The translations under genes and the position numbers were made by a program. A DNA stretch of 64,000 bases from assembly GCA_963771275.1 (NCBI GenBank), contig CAVYSW010000010.1:768001-832000 (forward strand). Direction: 5' to 3'. Source of the stretch: an uncultured Gemmatimonadales bacterium. GTDB lineage: Bacteria > Gemmatimonadota > Gemmatimonadetes > Gemmatimonadales > GWC2-71-9. The notes beneath the pieces were generated by a model. It was not told the DNA's origin, searched no databases, and worked only from the letters and a program-made list of their open reading frames with translations. Position 1 is the first letter of the stretch. Each line of letters opens with the position of its first letter. This document shows, one piece after another, positions 27,404 through 37,054 of this stretch.

Positions 27404-28251
27404 ATCTCCTGCACCCAGCCCGGGCCCGCCGTCTTCCGCGGCTTCACGGCGGCACTGACCTGGGTCAGCTCATCGATCGTGGTGGCTCCCAGCTCCCCTG
27501 CCCGGTCGAGCAGTTTCACCAGGATCCTGGCGGTGGCCAGGGCGTCTCCCCCGGCGCGGTGCCGGTTTTCGATCTCGATGCCGAAGTACCGGCTCACGGA
27601 GTCCAGTCCCCGGTTCTTGAGCCCGGGGATCAGCCTGCGGGCCAGCTTGACCGTGCAGACGCGTGGGCCGTCCAGCCTCAGGTCGCGGGCCCGGCGCACC
27701 TCAGCATCCAGGAACCGCCAATCGAATTGCGCGTTGTGGGCGACGAACACCCGCCCCGCCAACGCCGTCAGCACGTCGTCCACGATCTCCCGGAACGTCG
27801 GCTGGCCCCGCACCATGGTATCGGTGATGCGCGTGAGGCGGGTGACGATTGGCGGGATCGGCCGCTCGGGATCGACGAGGCGATCGACGACGATCTCCAC
27901 CCGCCCCCTCGGTCCGGCCAGCACGACCGCCACTTCCGTGATCCGGTCCTCCCCGCCGGCGCGCGACCCGGTGGTCTCGACGTCCACCACCGCGAAGACC
28001 AGGTCCTCGAGCAGGGTGGCCGGACGCGGCTCCGTGGCCAGGCGCCAGCGGCCGAGGTGGTCGCGCCGCACCCTGGGGTCGGCTCCCAGCAGGGCCGTGG
28101 CAAGCCGCTCGGCCACCAGCGTCGGTGCTCGCCCCAATCCGAGCACGTCTCGCGCGATCGCCAGGCTCTCCGCGGGTCCCGCCTGGAGGTGCAGCAGCGC
28201 CCGATCGAGCAGGGTGCCGATCGGCCGGGCGGCGAGCCCGGGCTGCGTCAC
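27400..28251 (-). CDS. DEDDh 3'-5' exonuclease (DnaQ/PolC-like)
   Basis: VVDVETTG, FVAHNAQFD, HRAGGDA; GTG overlaps the arcA stop. Confidence 0.92.
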   Translation of the reverse strand: MTQPGLAARPIGTLLDRALLHLQAGPAESLAIARDVLGLGRAPTLVAERLATALLGADPRVRRDHLGRWRLATEPRPATLLEDLVFAVVDVETTGSRAGGEDRITEVAVVLAGPRGRVEIVVDRLVDPERPIPPIVTRLTRITDTMVRGQPTFREIVDDVLTALAGRVFVAHNAQFDWRFLDAEVRRARDLRLDGPRVCTVKLARRLIPGLKNRGLDSVSRYFGIEIENRHRAGGDALATARILVKLLDRAGELGATTIDELTQVSAAVKPRKTAGPGWVQEI

Positions 28252-29480
28252 AGCGGGTCCCTCCGGAGCGGCAGCGTCATGCAGCGCGGGCCGCCGCCGC
28301 CGCGCACCAGCTCGGTGCCCTCGATCGTGATGATGGCGCGCTCGCCCTCCGCGATCTGCCGCTGTCCGGTGAGGAACTCCAGGGCCGGCACGATCGCGAA
28401 TCCCGCCTTGGCGCACTCGGCGAGCGTCTCCTCGTTGCGGCTGAACGCCAGGGCGACCCCCGGCCGCAGACACGCGAGATTGCAGCCGGACGCCCACTGC
28501 TCGCGTTCCTGCATGGTCCGGTCGGTCCCCCCGCACATTACCGGCTCCAGCACGAGGTCGACCGCCCGAAGGGCCGCGAAGAAATTGGGTATCTCGCGCA
28601 GGCCCTGATCACCCTTGCGGCGATGCAGCACGGGCAGCCGTTCCGGGCCGACGAAGTGCGGCGGGTAGACGGTGCACACCTCGCGATCGAGCTGGGTGAA
28701 GATCATGTCGAGGTGAATCGCCGTCCGCTCGCCCGGCATGACGACGACGATCACGTCGGTGATGCCGCCCCGCGCGAACACGAGGTCGCACAGGTGATCG
28801 AGCGCCGCCGGGCTGGAACGGTCGCTGAAGCCGAGCACCAGCGTGTCCGGCCGTACCGGGTGGACGTCCCCGCCCTCGAGGGTGTAGTTGAGCCGGCGCT
28901 CCTCGGAGCCGTCGTACAGGATCCCGGCGTTGGCCATGGCGGGGTGGTAGGCGAACAGCGCCTTGACGATCAGCTCCTCGCTCCACCGCGCCCCGTGCCG
29001 CATCGAGCCGATCACCACGTGCTCGCCGATCACGATGCCCACGTCCCGCGTGAAGAACAGGTTGGGCACCGGCGGCAGCGCGTAGCCGACCTCGTTCAGC
29101 GCCCGGCCGATCGGCCCGCCCTCCTCGATCGCCCCTTCGATGAGCGTCGTCACCAGCTGCGCCGTCGGCAGGTCGGAGAGCTGGCGGGCCAGCGCGTCCG
29201 ACGGCACGACTTCGAGCGTCCGGCCGATCAGGAAGTCGAGGGCCGCGCGCTGCTCCAGCACCTCCGCGAGGAGCTGGCGTACCTCGTACACCTCGGCGAA
29301 GCGCTGCAGCACCGCCACCATGCGCTGGTGCTCGCGCCGGGCGATATCGACGTCGATGATGTCGTCGTAGAGATAGTCCTCGCGCGTCCCCGGGGTGACC
29401 GCGAGCAGCTCGTTGCCGGGCGTATGAACCAAGACGGCCCGCAATGGGCCGATCTCGGAGGTGACGTTGACGCGGGGCAT
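28248..29480 (-). CDS. arcA: Arginine deiminase
   Basis: SEIGPLRAVLVHTPG, PNLFFTRD, LEGGD, HLD, REQW, ELVRGGGGPRCMTLPL. Confidence 0.93.
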   Translation of the reverse strand: MPRVNVTSEIGPLRAVLVHTPGNELLAVTPGTREDYLYDDIIDVDIARREHQRMVAVLQRFAEVYEVRQLLAEVLEQRAALDFLIGRTLEVVPSDALARQLSDLPTAQLVTTLIEGAIEEGGPIGRALNEVGYALPPVPNLFFTRDVGIVIGEHVVIGSMRHGARWSEELIVKALFAYHPAMANAGILYDGSEERRLNYTLEGGDVHPVRPDTLVLGFSDRSSPAALDHLCDLVFARGGITDVIVVVMPGERTAIHLDMIFTQLDREVCTVYPPHFVGPERLPVLHRRKGDQGLREIPNFFAALRAVDLVLEPVMCGGTDRTMQEREQWASGCNLACLRPGVALAFSRNEETLAECAKAGFAIVPALEFLTGQRQIAEGERAIITIEGTELVRGGGGPRCMTLPLRRDPL

Positions 29481-29487
29481 GTGCCCC

Positions 29488-29517
29488 AATCTAGCGATGT
29501 CTCAGCGCGTAGCTCAA
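29488..29517 (-). promoter_or_regulatory. Putative leaderless promoter for arcA
   Basis: TTGAGC-18 bp-TAGATT-7 nt-ATG; the TAG is the rex stop. Confidence 0.5.
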
Positions 29518-30111
29518 CGTCTCGAGCTCGAGGGCCATGTTCACGTGCTTCACGGTCACGTCCGCCGGAACGGTGAGCGGCACGGGCGCGAAGTTGAGGA
29601 TCGCCTTGACGCCGACCGCGACCAGTCGGTCGGTGACCGCCTGGGCGCCTTCGGCCGGCACGGCGACGATCGCGATGTCGGCCGGCCGCGCGGCCAGGTC
29701 GTCGTCCAGTCGCGCGACATCGCGGATCGCGACCCCCGCCCACCCACGGCCGATCTTGGCCGGGTCCTTGTCGTACGCGGCGAAAATGTGGAACCCGCGG
29801 CTCGCGAACTCCCGGAACTGGGCGAGCGCGCTCCCCACCTTGCCCGCCCCGACGACCACCACGGCGTATTCGTGCTCGAGGCCAAGGATGTCGCGCAGCC
29901 TGGACACCAGCTCGGGCACGCGGTAACCCATGCCCCGCTTGCCGAACGAGCCGAAGAACGACAGGTCCTTCCGCACCTGGGCGGCGGTGGTGCTCCCCCG
30001 CTGCGCCAGCGCCTGGGAGCTCACCGTCTCCATGCCCTCCTGCTCGAACTCCTCGAGCAGGCGCAGGTACAGGGAGAGCCGTCGGACGGTCGAGTCGGCG
30101 ATCTTGCGCAT
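29491..30111 (-). CDS. rex: Redox-sensing transcriptional repressor Rex
   Basis: TVRRLSLYLR, QVRKDLSFFGSFGKRGMGY, GAGKVG, ILNFAP. Confidence 0.97.
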   Translation of the reverse strand: MRKIADSTVRRLSLYLRLLEEFEQEGMETVSSQALAQRGSTTAAQVRKDLSFFGSFGKRGMGYRVPELVSRLRDILGLEHEYAVVVVGAGKVGSALAQFREFASRGFHIFAAYDKDPAKIGRGWAGVAIRDVARLDDDLAARPADIAIVAVPAEGAQAVTDRLVAVGVKAILNFAPVPLTVPADVTVKHVNMALELETLSYALRHR

Positions 30112-30117
30112 CTGATA

Positions 30118-30135
30118 TTGTGAAAGAATTCACAA
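30118..30135. promoter_or_regulatory. Rex operator
   Basis: TTGTGAA-AGAA-TTCACAA, a perfect match to TTGTGAA-N4-TTCACAA, 6 nt upstream of the rex ATG. Confidence 0.92.
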
Positions 30136-30972
30136 TGTATCAGCGCGCTGGATCGCCGTCAACGAACTGAACAGGGTGACGAGGTCGCCCGGCGCGACGG
30201 TTTCCGGGCGGGCGGCCGGGGGTATTCCAAGTCCTTCGAGCAGGGCGAGCGCGGCATCGCGATCGATCCCGGCCACCGCCCGCAGGCTGCGGACAAGCTG
30301 CTTGCGCCGCTGCGCGAACAGCTGGGTGGTGAACCTGCGGAACGCGGGGCGGCGGGCCGGCGCCACCAGCGGCCGCTCCAGTGGGGTGAGCCGCAGCACG
30401 GCCGACTCCACCTTTGGGGGCGGCAGGAACGACCCGGCCTTCACCGTGAACAGCCGCTCCGCGCGCGCCGCCGTCTGCACCCCGACGGACAGCGCGCCGA
30501 ACGCCTTCGTGCCGGGCTCCGCCACCACGCGGTCGGCCACCTCGCGCTGCACGAGGAACACGATGACGCGGGCGCCTGGCAGGGTCAGGGCTTTGTCGAT
30601 CAGCGGTGACGTGATGTAGTACGGGATGTTGCCGATGACCTTTGGGGGAAGCGGGAACTGGGAAACGGGAAACGCGTCCCGCAGCAGGGCGTGCCAGTCG
30701 GCTTTGAGGGCATCCACGCAGTGCACGACCAGTGGCGCCCGCTTCCCGTTTCCCGTTTCCCCTCTCCCCGCGGCCGCCAGTGCCGTCGCCAGCCGTCGGT
30801 CCTTTTCGATCGCCACCACCGCGCCGACCCGCGGCAGCAACCGCGCGGTGAGGCTTCCCTCCCCCGGCCCGATCTCGATTACCGCATCGTCGCTCGCCGG
30901 GTCGAGTGCCGCGACGATCCGGTCGAGAATCGCGGGATCGCGCAGGAAGTGCTGACCGAGGCGGCGGGACAC
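30130..30972 (-). CDS. rsmA: 16S rRNA dimethyladenosine transferase KsgA/RsmA
   Basis: LGQHFL, IEIGPGEG, IEKD, GNIPYYITSP, VQREVADR, FLPPPKVES, QRRK. Confidence 0.96.
   Translation of the reverse strand: MSRRLGQHFLRDPAILDRIVAALDPASDDAVIEIGPGEGSLTARLLPRVGAVVAIEKDRRLATALAAAGRGETGNGKRAPLVVHCVDALKADWHALLRDAFPVSQFPLPPKVIGNIPYYITSPLIDKALTLPGARVIVFLVQREVADRVVAEPGTKAFGALSVGVQTAARAERLFTVKAGSFLPPPKVESAVLRLTPLERPLVAPARRPAFRRFTTQLFAQRRKQLVRSLRAVAGIDRDAALALLEGLGIPPAARPETVAPGDLVTLFSSLTAIQRADTL
30646..30768. repeat. Inverted pair of (GGGAAAC)4 heptamer arrays inside rsmA
   Basis: GGGAAGC GGGAACT GGGAAAC GGGAAAC (30646-30673) and GCTTCCC GTTTCCC GTTTCCC CTCTCCC (30741-30768). Confidence 0.85.
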
Positions 30973-30977
30973 CCCGG

Positions 30978-32444
30978 TCAGGCGTTGAGCACGAGGACGG
31001 TCCGGTCGTCGCGGCCCGCTCCGTTGAACGCCGCGAGGGCCTCGAACACCGCTTCCACAGCCGCTCGGGAGCCGTTGCGCCGCTCCCGGCGGACGACGTC
31101 GAGCACCCGCTCTTCGCCGAACCGATCGCCCGCATCGTTCCGGGCGTCCACCACGCCGTCCGAGCACAGCACGAGGCTGTCGGCGCCCCTGGACCACGAC
31201 GTTTCCGCGCCGGTGAAGGGCTGCTCCGGCGCGAGCCCGAGCGGGGGGACCGTTGCCTCCAGCCGCACGGCCTGGCCGTCGCCCCGGAGCACGAACGCGT
31301 GCGGGTGTCCGGCGTTGGCGTATCGCAGGGTGCCCGCCGCCCGGTCCGTGACGGCGTAGATCACGGAGAGGTACATCTCCGTGTCGGCGAGGTCGTCCCC
31401 GACCGACGACAGCAGCAGGCGCAGCACGTCTTCCGGCGACCCGGCTTCCTCGGCGTGGATGCCTGCGGCGGACAGCACCAGCGCCATGATCAGGGCCGCC
31501 GGAAATCCGTGGGATGAGACGTCGCCGAGCATCACGCCCAGCCGGTGCTCGGGCAGGCGGATGATGTGGTAGAAGTCGCCGCCCACCTCGTCCACCTGCT
31601 GGCAGCGCGCGGCGACGTCCGCGTGGCCCGCGTACCGCGGCCGGAGGAGCTTGAGCTGGAGGTCGCGCGCCAGCTCGACTTCGCGGCGCAGCCGCTGCTG
31701 TTCCCGATCGCGCTCGACGAGCCGCTGGTTTTCGATCGAGGCCCCCACCTGGCTCGCCACCGCCGCGAGCAGGCGCTTGTCGCCTGCGGAGAACGCGTCG
31801 GTGCCGGCGCGATCCGTGACGCTCAGGACGCCGATCGGTCGCGGCGGCGCCCCGGGCTGCGGGTAGAGGATCGGGACGGAAACGAACGCCACGCCGCGAT
31901 AGGCGCGGGTGGGCTCGCAGGGGGGGGCTTCGGCGCCACTCGTCGGATCGTGCTCGAGGAGGCGGCGCTCGCGGAACACCCGGGCCGCGACCGAGCAGTC
32001 ATCATCCACGGGAATCGGATCGAACTGCTGCACGTCGATCCCCCACCCCGCCAGCGGCCGGAGCAGGCCATGCTCCTCGTCGAACACGAGGATCGAGGCG
32101 CGCCGGGCGCCCACGACGGTCGCCACCTCGCGCACGATGGTCCGCGCCGACTCGGTGAGGCCCAGCGTGCGCCCCAACGTCTCGCTGATGGTGTAGAGCA
32201 GCTCGATCTCTTCGAGGCGATCGTGCAGCTGCTGTACGATCGCCAGGGAATCGCGCTCGGAGCCGAGCAGGCTCGCGAGCAGGGGAACCGTCCGTTCCGC
32301 GGCGGTGTCGCTGGCGTGCTCCAGCTCGACCCAGTAGTCCTCCAGCGCGGGCACCGGCGCGAACCACGAGCGTCCCCAGCGGAATCCCTCCCCTCCCTCG
32401 GGGGGCTCCGGCGGCGGTCGATCGTCCGGGCCCTCCCCGGCCAC
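30978..32444 (-). CDS. GAF plus PP2C/SpoIIE phosphatase (RsbU-like); N-terminus probably extends upstream
   Basis: VGGDFY, LGDVSSHG, YANAGHP, CSDGV, DDRT. Confidence 0.92.
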   Translation of the reverse strand: MAGEGPDDRPPPEPPEGGEGFRWGRSWFAPVPALEDYWVELEHASDTAAERTVPLLASLLGSERDSLAIVQQLHDRLEEIELLYTISETLGRTLGLTESARTIVREVATVVGARRASILVFDEEHGLLRPLAGWGIDVQQFDPIPVDDDCSVAARVFRERRLLEHDPTSGAEAPPCEPTRAYRGVAFVSVPILYPQPGAPPRPIGVLSVTDRAGTDAFSAGDKRLLAAVASQVGASIENQRLVERDREQQRLRREVELARDLQLKLLRPRYAGHADVAARCQQVDEVGGDFYHIIRLPEHRLGVMLGDVSSHGFPAALIMALVLSAAGIHAEEAGSPEDVLRLLLSSVGDDLADTEMYLSVIYAVTDRAAGTLRYANAGHPHAFVLRGDGQAVRLEATVPPLGLAPEQPFTGAETSWSRGADSLVLCSDGVVDARNDAGDRFGEERVLDVVRRERRNGSRAAVEAVFEALAAFNGAGRDDRTVLVLNA

Positions 32445-32533
32445 GGCGCGCAGTCCGGCGTGCCCCGCGCTCCACAGGCGGATGCGATGGCCGACCAGAT
32501 TGCCGAGGGCGAGCAGGATGGCGTCGAGCCGTT

Positions 32534-33010
32534 CTAGGCGCGGCGCAGAACCATGCAGATGGTGTTACCTCGTTCGTTGAGGTACACGTCGTCGACGAGC
32601 TGGCGGATCAGGAACAGGCCCCGTCCGCCCGTCGCCTCGAGATCGTCGGGCAGGCACACGTCGTCGAAGTGCGCCGGATCGAAGCCGTTGCCCTCGTCCA
32701 CCACCTCGACGCGGAGCTGCGGCTCGGTCACCGTGACGTGGACCTCGACCGCCTTGGTCGGGTCGAGGGCGTTGCCGTAGATCATCGCGTTGGCGAGGGC
32801 TTCACACAGCGCGACCCGGAGGTTGAAGCGCGCGCGGCGCGCCGACAGGCCCGCGGCGATGCAGTGCCGGGCCACGATGTCCACGGCTTGCTCGACCACG
32901 TCCAGCTCGCTGGGCACGCGCACGGAAATGCGCAGGGCCGTGCGCGGGGACACCGTCCCCGGCAGCGGCACGTCCGCGCGCCGCACCGACAGCCGCAGCG
33001 GAACCGTCAC
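32534..33010 (-). CDS. Anti-sigma factor serine kinase (RsbW-like)
   Basis: EALANAMIYGN, DEGNGFD, GGRGLFLI. Confidence 0.92.
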   Translation of the reverse strand: MTVPLRLSVRRADVPLPGTVSPRTALRISVRVPSELDVVEQAVDIVARHCIAAGLSARRARFNLRVALCEALANAMIYGNALDPTKAVEVHVTVTEPQLRVEVVDEGNGFDPAHFDDVCLPDDLEATGGRGLFLIRQLVDDVYLNERGNTICMVLRRA

Positions 33011-33014
33011 CGTC

Positions 33015-33350
33015 TCAGAAGCTCGTCAGCGCTTCTTGGGGCGTCGCGGTGATGGCGAAAAGCGTGTCGAGCTTGGTCAGCTCGAACAGCGTGCGCAGGT
33101 CTTCGTTCAGTCCGGCGAGGCGCAGCTCACCACCCACCTCCCGGAGCTTCTTGGCGAGCGATACCAGCGCGCCGAGCCCGGAGGAGTCGATGTACCCGGT
33201 GCTCGTGAAATCCACCAGCACCCGGCGCGCACCGCCACTGACCGCGTCGAGGACCTTCTCCTTGAGCTCGTGCCGGTTGGACACGATGAGTTGCCCGTCC
33301 ACACCGACCACCCACACGCCCGTCGGGTCCTTCCGCATCGTGAAGCTCAT
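33015..33350 (-). CDS. STAS anti-anti-sigma factor (RsbV/SpoIIAA-like)
   Basis: [18 protein letters not shown]. Confidence 0.93.
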   Translation of the reverse strand: MSFTMRKDPTGVWVVGVDGQLIVSNRHELKEKVLDAVSGGARRVLVDFTSTGYIDSSGLGALVSLAKKLREVGGELRLAGLNEDLRTLFELTKLDTLFAITATPQEALTSF

Positions 33351-34357
33351 GCCCCCTCCGGTATCGGATCACGTCCCTTCGCGGATTGCAGCAGCGCGAC
33401 CGCCGCCACATCGACGATGTCGTCCGCGGTGGCACCGCGCGAGAGGTCGGCCATCGGCCGGGCCAGGCCCTGCACGATCGGCCCGATCGCCACCGCGCCG
33501 GCGAGACGCTGCACCAGTTTGTATGCAATGTTGCCGCTGTCAAGGTCCGGGAAGACCAGGACGCTCGCCCGCCCGGCCACGGGGGACCCGGGTGCCTTGC
33601 GGTCGGCCACCCCGGGAACCAGGGCGGCGTCGCCCTGAAGCTCCCCGTCGCACGCGACGGCGGGCCGCAGCGTGCGGAAGCGGGCGACGGCCGTCCGGAC
33701 CTTGTCCACCCGCGGCCCTTCGGCGCTCCCTTTGGTGCTGAACGAGAGAAACGCGACGACCGGCTCGTCGCCGACGATGCGGCGCCGGTCATCGGCGGCC
33801 GCGGCGGCGATGTCGGCGAGCTGCTCGGCGGTGGGATCCGGTACGACGCCCGCATCCGTGAAGGTGAGCACCCCGCTCGGCGGCAGCCTCGCCCCACCCG
33901 CGGTTGCTCCCTCTCTGCCCCTCTCCCCCGCTGCCCCGGCCCGTTCAAGCACCATGTAGAACGCACTGCTCACCGTCTCGATCCCCGGTGCCGGCCCGAT
34001 CGCCCACAGCGCCGCCCGCAGCACGTCGGCGGTGGGACACGTGGCCCCACCCACGGCCGCGTGGGCCTCGCCCAGCGCGACGAGGCCGGCCGCGAACCGC
34101 AGCGGATCCGCCGCCAGCTCGCGCGCGTGCGTCCCGTCCCGCACGCGATCGGGCTTCCGCCGGTGCAGCAGCTCGGCCACGTCGCCCAGCCGGGGATGGC
34201 CGCGCACCGGTCGTTGCAGCACGATCACGGTTGCGATCCCGCGCGCGCGCAGCCGGTCGGCGGCCTGCGCCACGCGCGGGTCCCAGCCTTCCGCCAGGAC
34301 CACCGTATGCCCCAGGGCCCGCGCCCGCTCGTGGAGCGCCGCGCGGAACGCGGTCAT
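33347..34357 (-). CDS. pta: Phosphate acetyl/butyryl transferase
   Basis: [47 protein letters not shown]. Confidence 0.92.
   Translation of the reverse strand: MTAFRAALHERARALGHTVVLAEGWDPRVAQAADRLRARGIATVIVLQRPVRGHPRLGDVAELLHRRKPDRVRDGTHARELAADPLRFAAGLVALGEAHAAVGGATCPTADVLRAALWAIGPAPGIETVSSAFYMVLERAGAAGERGREGATAGGARLPPSGVLTFTDAGVVPDPTAEQLADIAAAAADDRRRIVGDEPVVAFLSFSTKGSAEGPRVDKVRTAVARFRTLRPAVACDGELQGDAALVPGVADRKAPGSPVAGRASVLVFPDLDSGNIAYKLVQRLAGAVAIGPIVQGLARPMADLSRGATADDIVDVAAVALLQSAKGRDPIPEGA
33906..33937 (-). repeat. Degenerate octamer array (4 units) in a pta loop
   Basis: Minus strand GGGGCAGC GGGGGAGA GGGGCAGA GAGGGAGC, encoding [11 protein letters not shown]. Confidence 0.55.
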
Positions 34358-34833
34358 CGGAACTTGGCGCGCAGGGCGCGCTCGACGACCGGGTGGACGA
34401 ACGCGCGCACGTCGCCGCCGAACCGCGCGACTTCGCGCACGACGCTCGAGCTGAGGAACGTGAGCCCCAGATCGGGCACGAGGAAGACGGTTTCCAGCTC
34501 CGGATTGAGCTGGCGGTTCATCAGCGCCATCTGGAACTCGTACTCGAAGTCGCTCACGGCGCGGAGGCCGCGCACCACCAGGGTGGCGCCCACGCCGCGC
34601 GCGAAGTCGGCGAGCAGGCCGTTGAACGAGCGGATGTCGACCCGCGGCTCGTCTCCTACCACGGCGCGCAGCATCGCGACCCGCTCGTCGACGGAGAACA
34701 GGGGCGCCTTGGCGGCGTTGACCGCGACCGCCACGATCACGCGGTCGGCGAGCTGGAGGCTCCGCTGAATGAGATCCTCGTGGCCGCGCGTCAGCGGGTC
34801 GAACGAACCGGGGTAGAGAGCGAGTTGGGTCAT
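34354..34833 (-). CDS. coaD: Phosphopantetheine adenylyltransferase
   Basis: [32 protein letters not shown]. Confidence 0.97.
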   Translation of the reverse strand: MTQLALYPGSFDPLTRGHEDLIQRSLQLADRVIVAVAVNAAKAPLFSVDERVAMLRAVVGDEPRVDIRSFNGLLADFARGVGATLVVRGLRAVSDFEYEFQMALMNRQLNPELETVFLVPDLGLTFLSSSVVREVARFGGDVRAFVHPVVERALRAKFR

Positions 34834-35345
34834 GGGGCGTAGAAGAAGGTGATGGTCACGTTGCCGTAACGGCGCGTCGCGTCGCCGCCCAGGGCGAGCT
34901 CGGACTGGTGCTCGATGCCCAGGATACGCGCAAACGGCCCGGCGCGGAACCGGTCGCGTAAAATCGCGGCCTGACCGGTCGTATAGGGCGGGTCGGCGAA
35001 GGCGACGTCGAACGCGCCGGGGGTGAGCCGCTCGACGTAGCGCAGCGCGTCGGCGCGCCGCACCAGCGCCCGGCCCTGGAGGCCGAGTGCGTCGATGTTC
35101 GCCCGCAGGGTGCGGAGCGAGGCCGTGGCGAGCTCGACGAACGTCGCGTGCGCCGCGCCGCGCGACAGGGCTTCGAGGCCGAGCGCGCCGGAGCCGGCGT
35201 ACAGGTCGACCACGCGGGCCTCGTGGACGGCCGCGCCGAGGATGCTGAACCACGCCTCGCGTACCCGGTCCGCGGTGGGCCGCACCCGGCCGTCGGGCGG
35301 CGGCGCGAGTTGGCGTCCGCGGAATTCACCGGCGATGATCCGCAT
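34830..35345 (-). CDS. rsmD: 16S rRNA m2G966 methyltransferase
   Basis: [42 protein letters not shown]. Confidence 0.96.
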   Translation of the reverse strand: MRIIAGEFRGRQLAPPPDGRVRPTADRVREAWFSILGAAVHEARVVDLYAGSGALGLEALSRGAAHATFVELATASLRTLRANIDALGLQGRALVRRADALRYVERLTPGAFDVAFADPPYTTGQAAILRDRFRAGPFARILGIEHQSELALGGDATRRYGNVTITFFYAP

Positions 35346-37054
35346 CACGCCGCCGACGGCCGGAGCTGGATCACGCGCCCCTGCAGGCTCACGGCGCCGT
35401 GCCATTCGTTGCGCTCGAGGCGAAACGCGACGTCCACCGGTCCGCGCCACCAGGCCGGGTCGATGCGATCCGCCCAGTCGAACCCGATGGCGGCGAGCCG
35501 CGCCCCCGCGTCCTCGAGCAGCAGGCGCAGGTGATTGGTCCCCACCGGACGGGCCTCCCGGACCGCCGCGCGGGCGACGCCGAACACCGGCGACGGGTTG
35601 CCGGATCCGCACGGCTCGAGGTGACGCAGCAGGCGCTCGAGCTCGAGGTCGAGCTGGCCGAGGCCGACGACCGCGTCGACGCGCTGGGCCGGGACCAGGT
35701 CGTCGGGCGTGAGCACGCGGCGCGCCTCGTCGTTGAACGCCGCGCGGAACGCGTCCAGCCGGTCGCGCGCCACCGTGACGCCCGCGGCCATGCGGTGGCC
35801 GCCGTAGCGCACCAGCAGCGGCGCGCAGGCCCGCAGCGCGGCGTGCAGGTCGAACCCGGCGATGCTCCGCCCCGAGCCCTTGCCGGTCTTGCCCTCCAGG
35901 GCGATCAGGATCGTGGGTCGCCCGTAGCGCTCCACCACCCGCGACGCGACGATCCCGATCACGCCGGGATGCCAGCCGTCCCGCGCGAGCACCAGGCCGT
36001 ACTCCCGGTCGAGGTCCACCTCGCGCTCGATCGTGTCGATCGCCTCGCCGAGGATCGCCTGGTCCCGCTCCTGGCGCTGCGCGTTGAGGTCCTCGAGGCG
36101 CCGCGCCAGGGTCTCCGCCTCGGCGGGATCGTCGGTGAGCAGCAGCGCGAGGCCGTCCATCGCTTCGCCGATCCGGCCGGCTGCGTTGAGCCGGGGACCG
36201 AGCACGAAGCCGACGTGGCCTGCGCGGACCTCCGTCTTGCCGAGCCCCGCCACGTCAATCAGGGCGCGCACGCCGGGCCAGCGTGTCTCGGCGAGCTTGC
36301 GCAGGCCGAACCGAGTGAGGATGCGGTTCTCGCCGGTGAGCGGCACGACGTCGGCCACGGTCGCGATCGCGACCAAGTCGATCAGATGGAGCGGGAGGTT
36401 TGGCGGCAGGTCGAGCGCCGGGACGAGCGCCTGGACCAGCTTGAACGCCACCCCCGCGCCGCACAGGTCGGCCGCCGGCGATGTCGGGTCGCCGCGTCGC
36501 GGGTTCACGATCGCGTCCGCCGCGGGCAGCTCGCCCGGCAGGTGGTGGTCGGTGATCACCACCTGGATCCCCGCCGCCCGCGCCGCCGCCACCGGCTCCA
36601 CCGCGGTGACGCCGCAGTCGCACGTGACGATCACCCCGGCGCCCGCCGCCCGCGCCGCCGCGATCCCCGCGGGGCCCAGGTCATAGCCGTCGCGCATGCG
36701 GTTCGGGATGAACGGCACGACGCGGGCCCCCCCGGCCCGGAGCGCGCGGGTGAGCAGCGCCGTCGCACACTGCCCGTCGACGTCGTAGTCGCCGTGGATC
36801 ATGATGGTCTTGCCCGCCCGCACCGCGTCGGCCACGACGGCGACGGCCCGGTCCATGTCGGGCAGCTCGCGCGGGTCGGTGAGCGCGTCGAGCGTTGGCC
36901 GAAGGAAGCGCCGCGCGCGGTCCTCGGAGTCGTAGCCGCGCTGCACCAGCAGGCGCGCGAGCGGCTCCGGCAGGCTCAGGAGCTGGGCGAGCCGCCGCAC
37001 GTCATCGGCCGGCGGCTCGGCGACGACGTCCCACCGCGGCGTTGGGAGCATCAC
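35345..37054 (-). CDS. recJ: ssDNA exonuclease RecJ
   Basis: GDYDVDG, TCDCG, TDHH, ATVADVVPL, PRLNAAGR, GSGRS, GGHRMAAG. Confidence 0.97.
   Translation of the reverse strand: MMLPTPRWDVVAEPPADDVRRLAQLLSLPEPLARLLVQRGYDSEDRARRFLRPTLDALTDPRELPDMDRAVAVVADAVRAGKTIMIHGDYDVDGQCATALLTRALRAGGARVVPFIPNRMRDGYDLGPAGIAAARAAGAGVIVTCDCGVTAVEPVAAARAAGIQVVITDHHLPGELPAADAIVNPRRGDPTSPAADLCGAGVAFKLVQALVPALDLPPNLPLHLIDLVAIATVADVVPLTGENRILTRFGLRKLAETRWPGVRALIDVAGLGKTEVRAGHVGFVLGPRLNAAGRIGEAMDGLALLLTDDPAEAETLARRLEDLNAQRQERDQAILGEAIDTIEREVDLDREYGLVLARDGWHPGVIGIVASRVVERYGRPTILIALEGKTGKGSGRSIAGFDLHAALRACAPLLVRYGGHRMAAGVTVARDRLDAFRAAFNDEARRVLTPDDLVPAQRVDAVVGLGQLDLELERLLRHLEPCGSGNPSPVFGVARAAVREARPVGTNHLRLLLEDAGARLAAIGFDWADRIDPAWWRGPVDVAFRLERNEWHGAVSLQGRVIQLRPSAA

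Noticed and set aside
18744..28330. Long plus-strand ORFs (767, 671, 498 and 624 aa)
   Set aside because: All lie opposite well-supported genes (folD, rny, pheT, pheS, MBL, exonuclease).
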